This document shows, piece after piece, positions 50,406 through 51,413 of a DNA stretch of 51,413 nucleotides. Under the pieces are notes generated by a model that saw nothing but the letters and a program-made list of their open reading frames with translations, had not been told where the DNA came from and did no database searches. Each line of letters starts with the position of its first letter. The first letter of the stretch is position 1. A program made the position numbers and the translations under genes. The stretch is from Deltaproteobacteria bacterium (lineage in GTDB: Bacteria > Desulfobacterota > Dissulfuribacteria > Dissulfuribacterales > QOAL01), in contig JALWYO010000077.1 of NCBI GenBank assembly GCA_026992735.1, positions 1-51,413 of the forward strand, read 5' to 3'.

Positions 50406-51278
50406 ATGTCTGGCAATTCCAATGCCTGGTCAAGGGCAAGGCGGGCGGCTATCTTCTGCCAGGAGCTGCTCTCCAATCCCCTGGCATTTTCAGGCATGGT
50501 TATAGTAACAATACTGTTCATGGTGGCGCTCCTTGCACCAGTGCTTGCACCCTATGATCCCCAGGTCATCGACACATATCATATCCTGGAGGCCCCATCC
50601 AGGATGCACTGGCTCGGCACGGACTCCCTTGGCAGGGACTGCCTGTCCAGGCTCATATACGGCTCCCGTATTTCCCTTCTCGTGGGGTTCGTGGCAGTTG
50701 GCATAGCAACGGCAGTTGGCACTGTACTGGGCGCCCTGGCGGGTTTTTACGGCAGGTGGACAGACACCCTGATCATGCGTTTCGTGGACATCATGCTCTG
50801 CTTTCCGTCCATCTTTCTCATAATGGCGGTCATCGCCTTCTTGGAACCTTCCATCTGGAACATCATGGCTGTAATCGGCCTCACGGGATGGATGGGGGTT
50901 GCACGCCTGGTGCGCGCGGAATTTCTGAGCCTGAGAAAGAGGGATTTCGTGCTTGCAGCCAGGATATCAGGCGCATCCAATATCAGGATTGTATTCAGCG
51001 AGATACTCCCTAACGCGGTTGCGCCAATCATTGTATCAGCCACCCTGGGGATAGGCGGGGCAATCCTGACGGAAAGCGCCCTAAGCTTCCTGGGTATCGG
51101 CGTTCAGCCTCCTACTCCAAGCTGGGGCAACATGCTTACCGAGGGCAAGGACAACCTGGAAATCGCCTGGTGGCTCTCTGTCTATCCCGGCCTGGCCATC
51201 CTGATAACGGTTCTTGGCTACAACCTGCTTGGCGAAGGCCTCCGGGATGCCCTGGACCCAAGGAAAAGACAGAGATAA
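50406..51278 (+). CDS. Peptide ABC transporter permease (OppC/DppC type)
   Basis: 'HWLGTDSLGRD', 'ARLVRAEFL', 'ESALSFLGIG', 'GEGLRDALDP'; start ATG 50406 just after the upstream stop. Confidence 0.94.
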   Translation: MSGNSNAWSRARRAAIFCQELLSNPLAFSGMVIVTILFMVALLAPVLAPYDPQVIDTYHILEAPSRMHWLGTDSLGRDCLSRLIYGSRISLLVGFVAVGIATAVGTVLGALAGFYGRWTDTLIMRFVDIMLCFPSIFLIMAVIAFLEPSIWNIMAVIGLTGWMGVARLVRAEFLSLRKRDFVLAARISGASNIRIVFSEILPNAVAPIIVSATLGIGGAILTESALSFLGIGVQPPTPSWGNMLTEGKDNLEIAWWLSVYPGLAILITVLGYNLLGEGLRDALDPRKRQR

Positions 51279-51286
51279 AGAAACCG

Positions 51287-51413
51287 ATGAAGATCAAACA
51301 GGAACAACTGAACATCCATGGCCCGGACCAGGGAGAAATGGCCCTCAGGGCAGTGGTGGAAAGGGTCACCTATGCGGACCCGGCATCGGGCTTTGCCATA
51401 CTCAGGGTAAAAC
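51287..51413 (+). CDS. N-terminus of probable RecD2-like DNA helicase (partial)
   Basis: Hand translation MKIKQEQLNIHGPDQGEMALRAVVERVTYADPASGFAILRVK resembles the RecD2 N-terminal 'VERITY..GF.ILRV' pattern. Confidence 0.65.
   Translation, partial: MKIKQEQLNIHGPDQGEMALRAVVERVTYADPASGFAILRVK

Overview
Gene-dense window, most likely from an anaerobic Desulfobacterota-type bacterium (taxonomy inferred from gene content only). Left part (- strand): partial OprO/P-type porin, orphan histidine kinase, cobA/hemD, hemC, FmdB-type zinc ribbon, deoxyhypusine-synthase-like gene, gmhA, DUF2235 hydrolase, acpS, an in-frame ybeY-pdxJ fusion, phoH, an ARMT1/DUF89-like protein, corA, a divergent Crp/Fnr regulator, argB and hslUV. 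Centre (18.4-41.2 kb, all - strand): a near-complete Wood-Ljungdahl locus: fhs, folD, cooS, hdrA, mvhD, hdrC-like, second mvhD, metV, a 1071-aa MetF-coiled coil-TPR-AcsD fusion, acsB, acsC, acsE and a single-chain GltD-like/formate dehydrogenase. Three of these genes (hdrA, mvhD, FDH) are split in the ORF track by in-frame TGA codons at conserved Cys/Sec positions and are read here as selenoproteins. Right part (+ strand): sua5/yciO, recN, ThiI-like, ppiD-like, PHP hydrolase, oppABC-type genes and the start of recD2. Three intergenic regions hold diverged copies of a ~100-130 nt structured element with apparent covariation. No tRNA, rRNA, CRISPR array or transposase was seen.
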